Positions 49,456-58,150 of a DNA stretch of 64,000 nucleotides are shown piece by piece. Below the pieces are notes generated by a model. The model did no database searches. It saw only the letters and a list, made by a program, of their open reading frames with translations, and had not been told where the DNA came from. The position numbers and the translations under genes were made by a program. The DNA comes from an uncultured virus (IMG/VR IMGVR_UViG_3300010002_000006) (lineage: Duplodnaviria; Heunggongvirae; Uroviricota; Caudoviricetes): IMG/VR virus record IMGVR_UViG_3300010002_000006, positions 62,001 through 126,000 of that record. One strand, written 5' to 3'. The number at the start of each line of letters is the position of its first letter. Position 1 is the stretch's first letter.

Positions 49456-49887
49456 TTAGGCGAGAGTGGTTTCTTTGTACTGGGCCATTTTGTTGTTGGC
49501 TTCATCAACCAGAGTCTGTACCAGTTCGGCATAGCTCTCCAGTTTGGTGTAGTCAACCTCATCGGTGCCATTGACTTTCTCAACCACCGGGATCACGATC
49601 ACATCACCGGTCAGTACTTCGGTCAGTGCTGCATTCAGCTTACGGGAGAACGCACCCAGCTGTGCCAGGATCAGGTTACCTTTATTAGGTACCACGTTGT
49701 TCCAGTAGGAGAGCATCCACTTGGCAAAGCCGTAACGTACTTCATCCGTGAGCTTAGGGCAACCGGTGACATTGATCAGCGCTTTGGTGTACGCAGTCTG
49801 CGCAATGGCGTCCTGAGTAGCCGGTGAGTTAATGCCCTCAACGATCAGGGCTTGTTTCAGTTTAACGATATGAGTGAGGTGACTCAT
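49456..49887 (-). CDS. Hypothetical protein
   Basis: 143 aa with AAGGA upstream. Confidence 0.65.
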   Translation of the reverse strand: MSHLTHIVKLKQALIVEGINSPATQDAIAQTAYTKALINVTGCPKLTDEVRYGFAKWMLSYWNNVVPNKGNLILAQLGAFSRKLNAALTEVLTGDVIVIPVVEKVNGTDEVDYTKLESYAELVQTLVDEANNKMAQYKETTLA

Positions 49888-49896
49888 GACAATTCC

Positions 49897-51234
49897 TTAA
49901 ATGGCTTCTTTATAAAGTGACAGAGTATGCGCAAGCAGCTCGTCGGTGTAGTGTTCGAATTCCTGGGCTTTGAAATCACCGCCGTTAAACAGGTAGCCCA
50001 CCATGCGCTGAACCAAGGTGCCTTCCAGGAACGGCTTTGCATCATTCGCGATGTTTTCCATCTCTTTGGCAGTTTCCAGCATCTTGATCTTGTCACGCTT
50101 GTCCATCTCTTTGTTGTTATTGAGCTGGACGATGTGATCACGCAGGATAGTTTTGATACGCCGGTATGGACTGTCGTAGCTGCTGTTAGGGACCAGGTCA
50201 CCGTACAGCATAAGCAACAGATGCAGAACTACATTACTCACGCCAAGGACGATCATAACTACGTTGCAGGATTGGATGCCAAACAGCGCAGCAGCAACAC
50301 CGTAGAGAATGAAACCAGCATGACCCAATCTTCCGCTTGGGAAAGATGCCAGGGCTGCAATCAGCGATTTAGAACAACCCATGCGAATCGCATACATGTC
50401 CGCATAAATTTCAGATGAACGATCTTGCGTACCCAATGACAGCGTACGACGCGCATCACGACTACCAATGGCTTTGTTGAAGTAAACCACAAAGTCAGTG
50501 TCGTTGAGTTTATCGAGTTCACGCTCGTCCACTTTTTGCGGTGCATTCAGAACTTTCAGCGCATCTTTAACAATGGCGACACGCTCTTTGCCGTACGCTT
50601 TGCTTTCCAGAATCAACCGGATGGCAGTGGTAGAGATGATCGGGTCAATCACCGAACGGTGGATGTGCATAAAGCCGGTGAAGATATGCCCACACTCGTG
50701 CAAGACAATTGCACTTAATGCTTCGGCCATGGTGACTTTGTAGCGGTCCAGGAACTTCTTACGCATAAACTGCTCTACGTAATTGTTGATGTAGAGATTG
50801 AACTCGACCTTGCTGTAATCGCCACCAATCTGTCCGGTTGAGGTATCGATCCAACCTTTCAATACGGTGTTCTTAAGACGGTTGAATGCCTGGCCGATGC
50901 TGCTGTCTTTAACACTGAAGAAGTCTTCAATGCCTTTGATGTTGAGCACGTTATGCGGAGACATGTAACCGGCATCCACCGCGGCATTCGGTGTGATTTC
51001 CGGATTCAAGGTGATGTTGATCCCGGTGTGTTGCATAATCAGGGCTTCGAGTTTTTCAACCTCATCATTAACACGGACAAATTCAATGCCTAATACACCG
51101 CTTTGCTTTAGGTTCGCTTCAAAGAAGGACACCAACTCTTTAAACAGACTACCTTTCTGGTAATCCATGAACTCAAGCCCAGCGACATTGAACTTCAGGT
51201 CTTTGGGTTGGTTCAAAAACTCGATACCGAGCAT
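49897..51234 (-). CDS. Zincin-like metalloprotease-motif protein, probably virion
   Basis: IVLHECGH (HExxH), downstream EIYADMYA, a long hydrophobic segment, and N-terminal GIE/GLE motifs. Confidence 0.6.
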   Translation of the reverse strand: MLGIEFLNQPKDLKFNVAGLEFMDYQKGSLFKELVSFFEANLKQSGVLGIEFVRVNDEVEKLEALIMQHTGINITLNPEITPNAAVDAGYMSPHNVLNIKGIEDFFSVKDSSIGQAFNRLKNTVLKGWIDTSTGQIGGDYSKVEFNLYINNYVEQFMRKKFLDRYKVTMAEALSAIVLHECGHIFTGFMHIHRSVIDPIISTTAIRLILESKAYGKERVAIVKDALKVLNAPQKVDERELDKLNDTDFVVYFNKAIGSRDARRTLSLGTQDRSSEIYADMYAIRMGCSKSLIAALASFPSGRLGHAGFILYGVAAALFGIQSCNVVMIVLGVSNVVLHLLLMLYGDLVPNSSYDSPYRRIKTILRDHIVQLNNNKEMDKRDKIKMLETAKEMENIANDAKPFLEGTLVQRMVGYLFNGGDFKAQEFEHYTDELLAHTLSLYKEAI

Positions 51235-51318
51235 AATGGAACTCCGGAGTAAAATAAAAGGGTGAGTTATATCGTTTAGAAAAATTTAACTCGCGACGTC
51301 ATAACATTCGGGTGCAGC

Positions 51319-53082
51319 ATGACTGAGAAAAATGAAAGTCCTATTGTGGGACGTGTGTGTAAACATGCATACCTGTCTCACAACAAAACCAACCGGGATG
51401 ATGATCTCCTGGTAGCAAAAATTACCAACGTTCATGAAGACGGCAGCCGAAGTCATCAACTGGCTAAAATTGAAAACTTTAAACGTGACTTCTATATCGT
51501 TAAGAAGAAATACCAGGGGTTCAAAGACAAACGCGACTACATTGAAGTCAACAAGTGTGACAAGTACAGTTCCAACCAATCTCGTCTGGCGTTAAACATC
51601 AGCAAGATTCTCTATGGTCGTCCTGATCGTGGCGCGAAGTTAGCTGACCTGAAAAACAACCCGTATGTATTCGGGTGTCAGGAAGCAGTGCCTGTGGTCT
51701 ACAAAGAGCGCTTCTATAAAAAGTACCCTAACCATCAGCCGCAGGAAGCGTACGGCGTAGCAGCGTATGACGTGGAAACCTATATCCTGGAAAACGGGAA
51801 TACTGGTCCTGTGATGATGGCCTCCACCACGCACGGAAGCTTTGCATTTTGGGCAGGTCTGCGTTCTTACTTCCCCAAAGAAGATCAGAAAGATGATGCT
51901 ATTATTCTGCGCAAACTCAATGAGTGTGCTGAGAAACATCTGTCTGAGTACATGAAGCTGCACAAGGTTGAGAAGATTGACTGGAACCTGGTTAACACTC
52001 CTGGTCAGGTGGTCTATGAGAACATCCAATACTGGCATCGTTCTAACATGGATTTCATCACCAGTTGGAATGCTAACTTTGATATGGAACGTAATCAGGA
52101 ATCGCTGATGAACGAAGGCTATGACCTAGCCCGTACCTACAGTGATCCCAGCATTCCCGATGCTTATCAAGATTACTTCTACTTTGAAGGACGCAAGTTC
52201 AAAACCAAAGTGGACGGCAGTCAATCTCCATTGGAACCGCAGGAACGTTTCCCGGTGGTTCAAGCACCTGCACGGTGGCAGTGGTTTGATGCCATGTCCT
52301 TCTATGCAATTAAACGTGCTCCTCAGGGCAAGAAAGAGTCCTACTCGTTGCAAGCCACTGCAGAAGCAGAAGGGGTGGCCGGTAAGCTCTATATCCCTGA
52401 AGCTGATCACCTGCAACCCGGTTCACCGGAATGGCATAAGTTCATGGTGCGCAACTATCCGTATGAATACGTTATGTATAACATCCGCGATAACTGGGTA
52501 ATTGAAGATCTTAACCGTAAAACAAACGACTACTCTCTGTCGCTGCCGTCTCTGGTGACCTCATCAGAGTTGAAGTCTTATCAGTCTCAGCCTTCGATGA
52601 TTTCCGATAAGCTTTCCTTTATCGCCTTGGACCATGGGTATGTCTGGGGTACAGTGGGAATGCGTAAAGAAGATGCGTGGAAGGAGATCAAACCTGATCT
52701 GCGTGATTGGATTGCATTGCTACACACTGAGCTCAACGAAGACAAAGGTAAAGCCATCTATGCGGGTCTGCCGTCCTGGCGTTCACGTGGTCGTGGCGAT
52801 ACCGATGACATCGACGTAACCGGTGCGTACCCACACATCACCGTGTCGCTGAACGTGTCAAACAAAACCACTAAGCTTGAAGTCTGTGAGGTGGATGGAT
52901 TGGATCGTATCGAGTTCCGTCGTCTGGGTGTGAACTACGCCTCCAGCCCGATTGGTAACGCAGTAACCCTGTGCAATACCATCTTTGGCATGCCACAGTT
53001 AACTGACATCAATTCGTTCTATGAAAATTCTGTCGTTCCGTTTGTAAGTGAAGCGCGTGAAGAAATGAAAAAAGCTGCGTAA
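51319..53082 (+). CDS. Family B DNA polymerase, exonuclease plus motif A half (split polymerase)
   Basis: ExoI YDVET, ExoII WNANFD, ExoIII YNIRD and motif A-like DIDVTGAYP; ends without motifs B and C. Confidence 0.8.
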   Translation: MTEKNESPIVGRVCKHAYLSHNKTNRDDDLLVAKITNVHEDGSRSHQLAKIENFKRDFYIVKKKYQGFKDKRDYIEVNKCDKYSSNQSRLALNISKILYGRPDRGAKLADLKNNPYVFGCQEAVPVVYKERFYKKYPNHQPQEAYGVAAYDVETYILENGNTGPVMMASTTHGSFAFWAGLRSYFPKEDQKDDAIILRKLNECAEKHLSEYMKLHKVEKIDWNLVNTPGQVVYENIQYWHRSNMDFITSWNANFDMERNQESLMNEGYDLARTYSDPSIPDAYQDYFYFEGRKFKTKVDGSQSPLEPQERFPVVQAPARWQWFDAMSFYAIKRAPQGKKESYSLQATAEAEGVAGKLYIPEADHLQPGSPEWHKFMVRNYPYEYVMYNIRDNWVIEDLNRKTNDYSLSLPSLVTSSELKSYQSQPSMISDKLSFIALDHGYVWGTVGMRKEDAWKEIKPDLRDWIALLHTELNEDKGKAIYAGLPSWRSRGRGDTDDIDVTGAYPHITVSLNVSNKTTKLEVCEVDGLDRIEFRRLGVNYASSPIGNAVTLCNTIFGMPQLTDINSFYENSVVPFVSEAREEMKKAA

Positions 53083-53088
53083 GCATAA

Positions 53089-53116
53089 CTCCTACTTACC
53101 CTTGGGTAAGTAGGAG
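53089..53116. terminator. CTAC...GTAG family hairpin at a convergent junction
   Basis: CTCCTACTTACC-CTTG-GGTAAGTAGGAG. Confidence 0.75.
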
Positions 53117-53122
53117 ATTGTG

Positions 53123-53806
53123 TTATTTGTTTTGGTCGCTGTTTACTTTGGATTGATACAGCGCTGTCAAACCGTTGGTCAGTGCATTGGCTTTTTCTGC
53201 CCACGCCTTATACTCTTTAATTGCCTTGTCATACGGGGCGTGAGAGTCCATCTGCTTTTTCGGCATGAGGCCATTGCTGTAGCTGATGAATGAATCACTG
53301 ACACGAGTCACTGCATCCAGCAGGGCGTTAACATCGGTGATCACAGCAGCCGCGGCAGTGCCGTTCAGGGCAGCAATGGCTTTGTCTGCGGTTTCACTAA
53401 AGCCTTTGGCGTTGACACCTTCAGGTACTTTACCTGCGGCAGCTTTTAATGCTTCGATCTTTGGAACCAATAAGCCGCGCGCTTTTTCACGTCTGGCTTC
53501 TCGCTCTTTGTCGTCACCTGACTTCATGAAAGAGGCAAATTTACCTTTGGTGGTTTTGAAGACTTCAGAGAACCACTTCTTGATCGCTTCAAAGAGTTTC
53601 TTAATGAACTCACCGGTTTTCTGGGCACCGGCTTTGATGTTCTCCAGGAAACCTTCCTGGCCGGCTACGGCGCCAAAGTCCGCGGTGTAAAGACGCAGCA
53701 CTGAGCGAGCATAACGACCTTCTTCACTGTTGGGTTTACCGGCATTGATACTTTCACAACCTGCAACCATGTTGCTAAAATGTTCTACATCTGAAAAGCT
53801 GCTCAT
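53123..53806 (-). CDS. Inner head protein, paralogue family
   Basis: Start moved to ATG 53806 (MSSFSD) with AAGGA upstream; AGCES and AGQEGF then IKKLFEAIKKWFSEVF helix. Confidence 0.65.
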   Translation of the reverse strand: MSSFSDVEHFSNMVAGCESINAGKPNSEEGRYARSVLRLYTADFGAVAGQEGFLENIKAGAQKTGEFIKKLFEAIKKWFSEVFKTTKGKFASFMKSGDDKEREARREKARGLLVPKIEALKAAAGKVPEGVNAKGFSETADKAIAALNGTAAAAVITDVNALLDAVTRVSDSFISYSNGLMPKKQMDSHAPYDKAIKEYKAWAEKANALTNGLTALYQSKVNSDQNK

Positions 53807-53858
53807 ACTGCGTCCTTTATAAAAGAAAGATGAAAAAAAAATGACTAATGCAAATAAT

Positions 53859-53888
53859 CCTACCCTGTCCCGCAAAGGACAGAGTAGG
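53859..53888 (-). terminator. CTAC...GTAG family hairpin
   Basis: CCTACCCTGTCC-CGCAAA-GGACAGAGTAGG between co-directional genes. Confidence 0.65.
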
Positions 53889-53901
53889 GAATAGCGCTAG
53901 A

Positions 53902-54435
53902 TTAGCGGTAAACGTAGGTGTGCAGATTTTGAGCCGACGTTGGTGGGAACATGCTTTCGAACTTGGTCATGTCAAACATACGAATGAACTGACCCCGGTT
54001 CTTGGCGTGTTGTGCCAACAGGGTGATAAAGGTCATGAAACGCTTGTAGCGAGTCAGTTCTGTATCACCCAGGACACCTTCCAGTGACGCCAGCGGTTTA
54101 ATCACCGTGGTCCACTCAAACGCATCTTTCTCTTTGTTGACCGTGATCAACAGATAGTCGAGCACCTGCTTGGTGTTGTGGTAATCCATCTCCAGCGCAG
54201 TCCAGATCGTCTGGATAAAATCCTTCTGATACTTCTGGCGCTCTTTGATGTTACCGCCACCGAATTCCCCTTTCAGGAATCTGACGAACTGATCCACACC
54301 GTTCTTGTGGACGTCTACAGCAGTGGTGACAACGCGCTCGGTATTCTCCTGTACGTTTTGCTGTTCGGAGGTCATCTGCTGCTCTACGGCGTTCTCACGC
54401 TTGTCTACGGTAGGTTTGGTAAAGTTATTACCCAT
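53902..54435 (-). CDS. Hypothetical protein
   Basis: 177 aa; TAATG coupling with the upstream stop and GGAG upstream. Confidence 0.7.
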   Translation of the reverse strand: MGNNFTKPTVDKRENAVEQQMTSEQQNVQENTERVVTTAVDVHKNGVDQFVRFLKGEFGGGNIKERQKYQKDFIQTIWTALEMDYHNTKQVLDYLLITVNKEKDAFEWTTVIKPLASLEGVLGDTELTRYKRFMTFITLLAQHAKNRGQFIRMFDMTKFESMFPPTSAQNLHTYVYR

Positions 54436-54962
54436 TACTTCTCTCCTCGTTGGGCTGATGCAATTGCGGCTTGTTCTGCCTTACTCGAACCGGCTTTACG
54501 CTTAGCCTCTTCCGCTGCACGCTTCGCAGCTTCCTGGTTCGCCTTGATAAGGTCTCTGGTACCACGACCATAACCTTCCAAAAGATCGGCAAGAAAATCC
54601 ACCGGCATGTCCAAGAATTCTCTCATGGAGAGAAACTTGCCATATTCCTGCTCCCCGAAGGTATACCCAAAGTTCTTTGCGGACCAGAGATGGAACAGAT
54701 CTCGGGCCTGATGGTTATAGATGACGTGCTTAGAGAAATCCTCATCCAGATTAATCCAGCCCCGCATCACCATGGTAATTTTCCGGTTAATGATTCGGCG
54801 CTGTAACGCGTCTTTACTATTAACGTGTTGAACAAACAGGGTGAGTGCCTGCTCAACACGGTCTTGGTTTAAACTCTCTTCATCAACTAAGAAAGAGAGT
54901 CCTCGACGATAGTTGACGTTTGTTCCAGCATACCAATCATCATTCGGGTACGGTCGAAAAAA
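54435..54962 (-). CDS. -1 frame extension (gpT-like) of the putative tail assembly chaperone
   Basis: The frame of the 112-aa ORF stays open 61 codons upstream of its ATG, up to a T TTT TTC heptamer in the upstream gene. Confidence 0.65.
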   Translation of the reverse strand, partial: FFRPYPNDDWYAGTNVNYRRGLSFLVDEESLNQDRVEQALTLFVQHVNSKDALQRRIINRKITMVMRGWINLDEDFSKHVIYNHQARDLFHLWSAKNFGYTFGEQEYGKFLSMREFLDMPVDFLADLLEGYGRGTRDLIKANQEAAKRAAEEAKRKAGSSKAEQAAIASAQRGEK

Positions 54963-56521
54963 TTCATGATCGGATCAATCGGGGTAAACCCTTTGATCAT
55001 TTCGTGATCCGGAGACTCTTTCGTTTTACCGCATTTGGTGCAGCTGTCATTGGCAATACCCACAAAGGTGTAGGTCATGCGCGGAATGATCTTCACCAGA
55101 CGTTGCAGGGTTGCAACATACAGATCTTCGTCATCACCGAAGTTCGCCTGCAGTCCCTGATCGAACTCACGCGGATCTTCGCTGCGTTTGATGACTTCAA
55201 TCTCTGTCTCTTCAGACGAGACCGGATTGTACTCCATGGCCGTGATCCACTGGGTGAACTCGGAACCACGGATACCCGCCAGCAGTTCTTTGCGCTTTTG
55301 CATGAACTCTTTAGGGTTCGGGAACTCCACGGCCAGATCACGGATCTGTGGGTTGATGTTGTCACGCATGGCATGGAAGGTATCGAAGTACTCTTCCAAG
55401 GTAGGAATGCCGACCACCATCTGACCCACACCCGGTACCGGAATACGGGTATCAATCTCTTCCCCGTTTTCATCTTTGTAGACCGGGGCGTACTTAGCCA
55501 GATCTTCCCGCGACAGCTTGAGCCCTTTATGGGTGATATCGTGAATGATACGGCGACGTTCTTCCGACATATCTTCTTCGATATCCAGCACCATCGCCGT
55601 TGGGTCTACCACAACCAGCTCATTGTGAGTGCACTGGTTGGCCAGGCAGTACATACGGAATGACAGCCCTTTAGGCGCCGTGGTACCCAGCAGGGTCATG
55701 ACCAGGGTATTAATGTCATTGGCCAGGATGTAACGCTTGAGCTCATAGAGATCAGCCACATCTTTCATGCTGTGGTACTTGACACGGTCCAAGATGAAGT
55801 CAACCAGCAGTTCTGCGATACCGGCACGTTCCAACATGATTGAGGTCACGTTGTAGCGCTCACCGTAGTTACGCAGACGGGTTGCGATGGTGTTCATCAG
55901 ACGAATCAGATCCGGGGCGGTTGGAATCTCCACGCGCAGCAGGACCAGGGAGTTCAGCAACACGATGTTGAACGAGTCCGGGCTGTTACGTGCACCACGC
56001 AGATTACGACGCATACGCTCGCTAACAGACAGCTCTTTTTTGTTAGACGGAGTTACACGGGTCATCAGCGCTGTACGGTCATCTTCGTTGATACCCGGAA
56101 TGGTATTACCGAAATCATCACGACCGGCGATAGCCAGGTTATCTTCTCGCATCATGGTGCGATCCGCATACCGGTAGACGAACTTCAGATAGTTCATCAG
56201 CATTGGGGTGATTTCGTCTTCTTCCATTTCAGGGAAGTGTTCTTTGCAAGACTCTTCAAAGACCTGGCGCAGGGCTTTCACATCACGCCCTTTCTTATCG
56301 CCACCGTTCTGATCAGCACGTTCAGCTGAAAGACAGGCATTTAACTGCACCGCCGTTTTGAAGATTACACTGTGGATTTCACCTACTTGACCAATAAAGA
56401 TCGGCAGGGTAGTCATGTCGCCTTCTTCAGCGACACTCATCACACAGTCACGCAGGGCATTTAAAGCACGTTGCTTCTTAATGCCTTTTTCCATTTCACT
56501 TGTTGGTTGCTCGGACATCAT
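54887..56521 (-). CDS. Putative tail/baseplate assembly chaperone
   Basis: 544 aa with CLANQC and CTKCG Cys pairs and a near-terminal DPIMNFF, the layout I recall for T4 gp26/gp51-like chaperones; NFF is encoded by the slippery site. Confidence 0.55.
   Translation of the reverse strand: MMSEQPTSEMEKGIKKQRALNALRDCVMSVAEEGDMTTLPIFIGQVGEIHSVIFKTAVQLNACLSAERADQNGGDKKGRDVKALRQVFEESCKEHFPEMEEDEITPMLMNYLKFVYRYADRTMMREDNLAIAGRDDFGNTIPGINEDDRTALMTRVTPSNKKELSVSERMRRNLRGARNSPDSFNIVLLNSLVLLRVEIPTAPDLIRLMNTIATRLRNYGERYNVTSIMLERAGIAELLVDFILDRVKYHSMKDVADLYELKRYILANDINTLVMTLLGTTAPKGLSFRMYCLANQCTHNELVVVDPTAMVLDIEEDMSEERRRIIHDITHKGLKLSREDLAKYAPVYKDENGEEIDTRIPVPGVGQMVVGIPTLEEYFDTFHAMRDNINPQIRDLAVEFPNPKEFMQKRKELLAGIRGSEFTQWITAMEYNPVSSEETEIEVIKRSEDPREFDQGLQANFGDDEDLYVATLQRLVKIIPRMTYTFVGIANDSCTKCGKTKESPDHEMIKGFTPIDPIMNFFDRTRMMIGMLEQTSTIVEDSLS
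54956..54962 (-). other. Putative -1 ribosomal frameshift site T TTT TTC
   Basis: Minus strand AAT TTT TTC in the correct X XXY YYZ phase; -1 frame open to the stop at 54435. Confidence 0.7.
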
Positions 56522-56535
56522 TGTTTCCTACAGAG

Positions 56536-57234
56536 TTAGGCAGCAGCGTCAGACGCTGGGGAGTCAGGGGTAGTTTCCTGTGCTTCTTTATTAACACGAT
56601 CCAGGTACTGATACGCCAGGGTACTCATCACTTCATTGCGACGTTGATCAGGTGAGTCGATCTCAGTGAGGGCGGCGGCCAGGTTATCCAGAGTCCCTTC
56701 GATCGTCAGCGCGTGTTTCTCTGAACGGACCACTTCGGCATAGAGTTCCTGCGTGTAGTTGCTCAGGGTGGTGCTGATATCCAGCGCTTCGGTGTAGAGG
56801 GCATCTTCTTCACCCTGCTGCGCCATCACGATCATTGCCTGGACACGCTTGTCAATGCTGATGAGTTCCAGCGCTGTGGCTTTCAGATCCACCTCAAGCA
56901 CGTAGTCTTCCAGCAGACCGTTGGTGATGATGGCGTCGATCAGGGTCGCATAGGTAAAGAGTTTGAACACATCCCCGGTCATCTTCTTCATGCCGGCCAG
57001 AACGTCCTGCACCGAGTTGATGTCGCTGTCGACATTTTTACGGCGGTTGATGTCAGTGACCAGATCACCCAGTACATCGTCAAACTGTAGACGGTCACCG
57101 TTCAGAGCAGCACGCAAGCTGCGGCCGTATGCTTTGGTAGGGGTAGCGCGTGCTTTGTTGGCAGAGAGCTTTTTAGCTTTGGCACGGGCATTGCGTTTCA
57201 CAGAGCGAGCTTGATTACTTTTAGCTTTAGTCAT
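56536..57234 (-). CDS. Hypothetical protein with basic N-terminal arm
   Basis: 232 aa; K/R/A-rich first ~40 residues, acidic helical remainder; AAGGAG upstream. Confidence 0.7.
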   Translation of the reverse strand: MTKAKSNQARSVKRNARAKAKKLSANKARATPTKAYGRSLRAALNGDRLQFDDVLGDLVTDINRRKNVDSDINSVQDVLAGMKKMTGDVFKLFTYATLIDAIITNGLLEDYVLEVDLKATALELISIDKRVQAMIVMAQQGEEDALYTEALDISTTLSNYTQELYAEVVRSEKHALTIEGTLDNLAAALTEIDSPDQRRNEVMSTLAYQYLDRVNKEAQETTPDSPASDAAA

Positions 57235-57271
57235 CTTATGACTCCTTTAAAAAGATTAACAGGTACCAATT

Positions 57272-58150
57272 ATGTCAGAAATGATTGATCTCACGAATGT
57301 GGATCTTGGTGTAGAAAACTTGGGTGAAATGTGGTCAGACTTTATTGCACGTTGCACGCCTGAACAAGCTATATTATTCAATGAGTCGTACAATTTAATT
57401 GCGATTTCATTTCCCGAGAGCTTTATTGATAGCACCTTAACACAGATGTTTATCGATGAAGCACTCGACACCAGTGAACTCATGGCGCATGTACGCAGCC
57501 TGTTCCTGGAAACGATTCTCGACACGTTACAGATGATGGGAATTAAATTCGACCGTGACTTCATTGAGATGAATCACCTGCAGGACATGAAAGTGATTCT
57601 TGACACCGTCTATCTCTTTGATGGTCTCACTGATCTCTTAGGATTGGTCGATATCATTAATAATGAAGAGCTGGATTGCAAAGAGCGCTTTATTGAAATC
57701 GTGCGTATGACACAACCGCAGTTTAACCTCGACAATATGGAGTGTTATATTGAAGAAGTGTCAGCGAACACGTTGCGTGGGATTCTGATCGGCATTAACA
57801 TCATTGATGAAGATGACACCGAGTATGTGGACCACACCATCCGTAACCGCATTCGGGCTAACCGTCAGTGGTTAGTGGGAACACTGGGTGAGCGTCACAT
57901 TGTAGACGGCGGTGGGCCGGGTCAGAACCTTGATGGGTATATGAAGATTTTTATGAGTGCCCTGGCCAAATACCTGGTGGAAGATCCTGCACTTTATCTG
58001 CAGAACGTGTTGTCATTGATGCTGATCTCTAACATGGGAGATAAAGATATTCAGGGACAGTACAACGCCCTGATTGAAGATCAGACCACCACGGTGGAAG
58101 AGGCATACCGCGCACAGAACATCATTAAGAAGGTAAAGCTCAATGCATAA
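57272..58150 (+). CDS. Hypothetical acidic protein
   Basis: 292 aa, overlaps the start of the RNAP beta' fragment. Confidence 0.65.
   Translation: MSEMIDLTNVDLGVENLGEMWSDFIARCTPEQAILFNESYNLIAISFPESFIDSTLTQMFIDEALDTSELMAHVRSLFLETILDTLQMMGIKFDRDFIEMNHLQDMKVILDTVYLFDGLTDLLGLVDIINNEELDCKERFIEIVRMTQPQFNLDNMECYIEEVSANTLRGILIGINIIDEDDTEYVDHTIRNRIRANRQWLVGTLGERHIVDGGGPGQNLDGYMKIFMSALAKYLVEDPALYLQNVLSLMLISNMGDKDIQGQYNALIEDQTTTVEEAYRAQNIIKKVKLNA

Noticed and set aside
49884..50201. 105-aa same-strand ORF overlapping the end of the metalloprotease-like gene, as a possible frameshift product
   Set aside because: I found no phased slippery heptamer, the sequence looks non-coding, and the next gene has its own SD and ATG.
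51319..53082. Polymerase as a pseudogene or intron-interrupted gene
   Set aside because: Clean stop and hairpin, no downstream remnant or intron-like sequence; a split polymerase is expected in this group.
54920..55663. 247-aa plus-strand ORF and other long antisense ORFs (20942..21607, 23898..24434, 49927..50418)
   Set aside because: They lie wholly opposite well-supported genes, lack SDs and motifs, and are expected shadows of codon bias.
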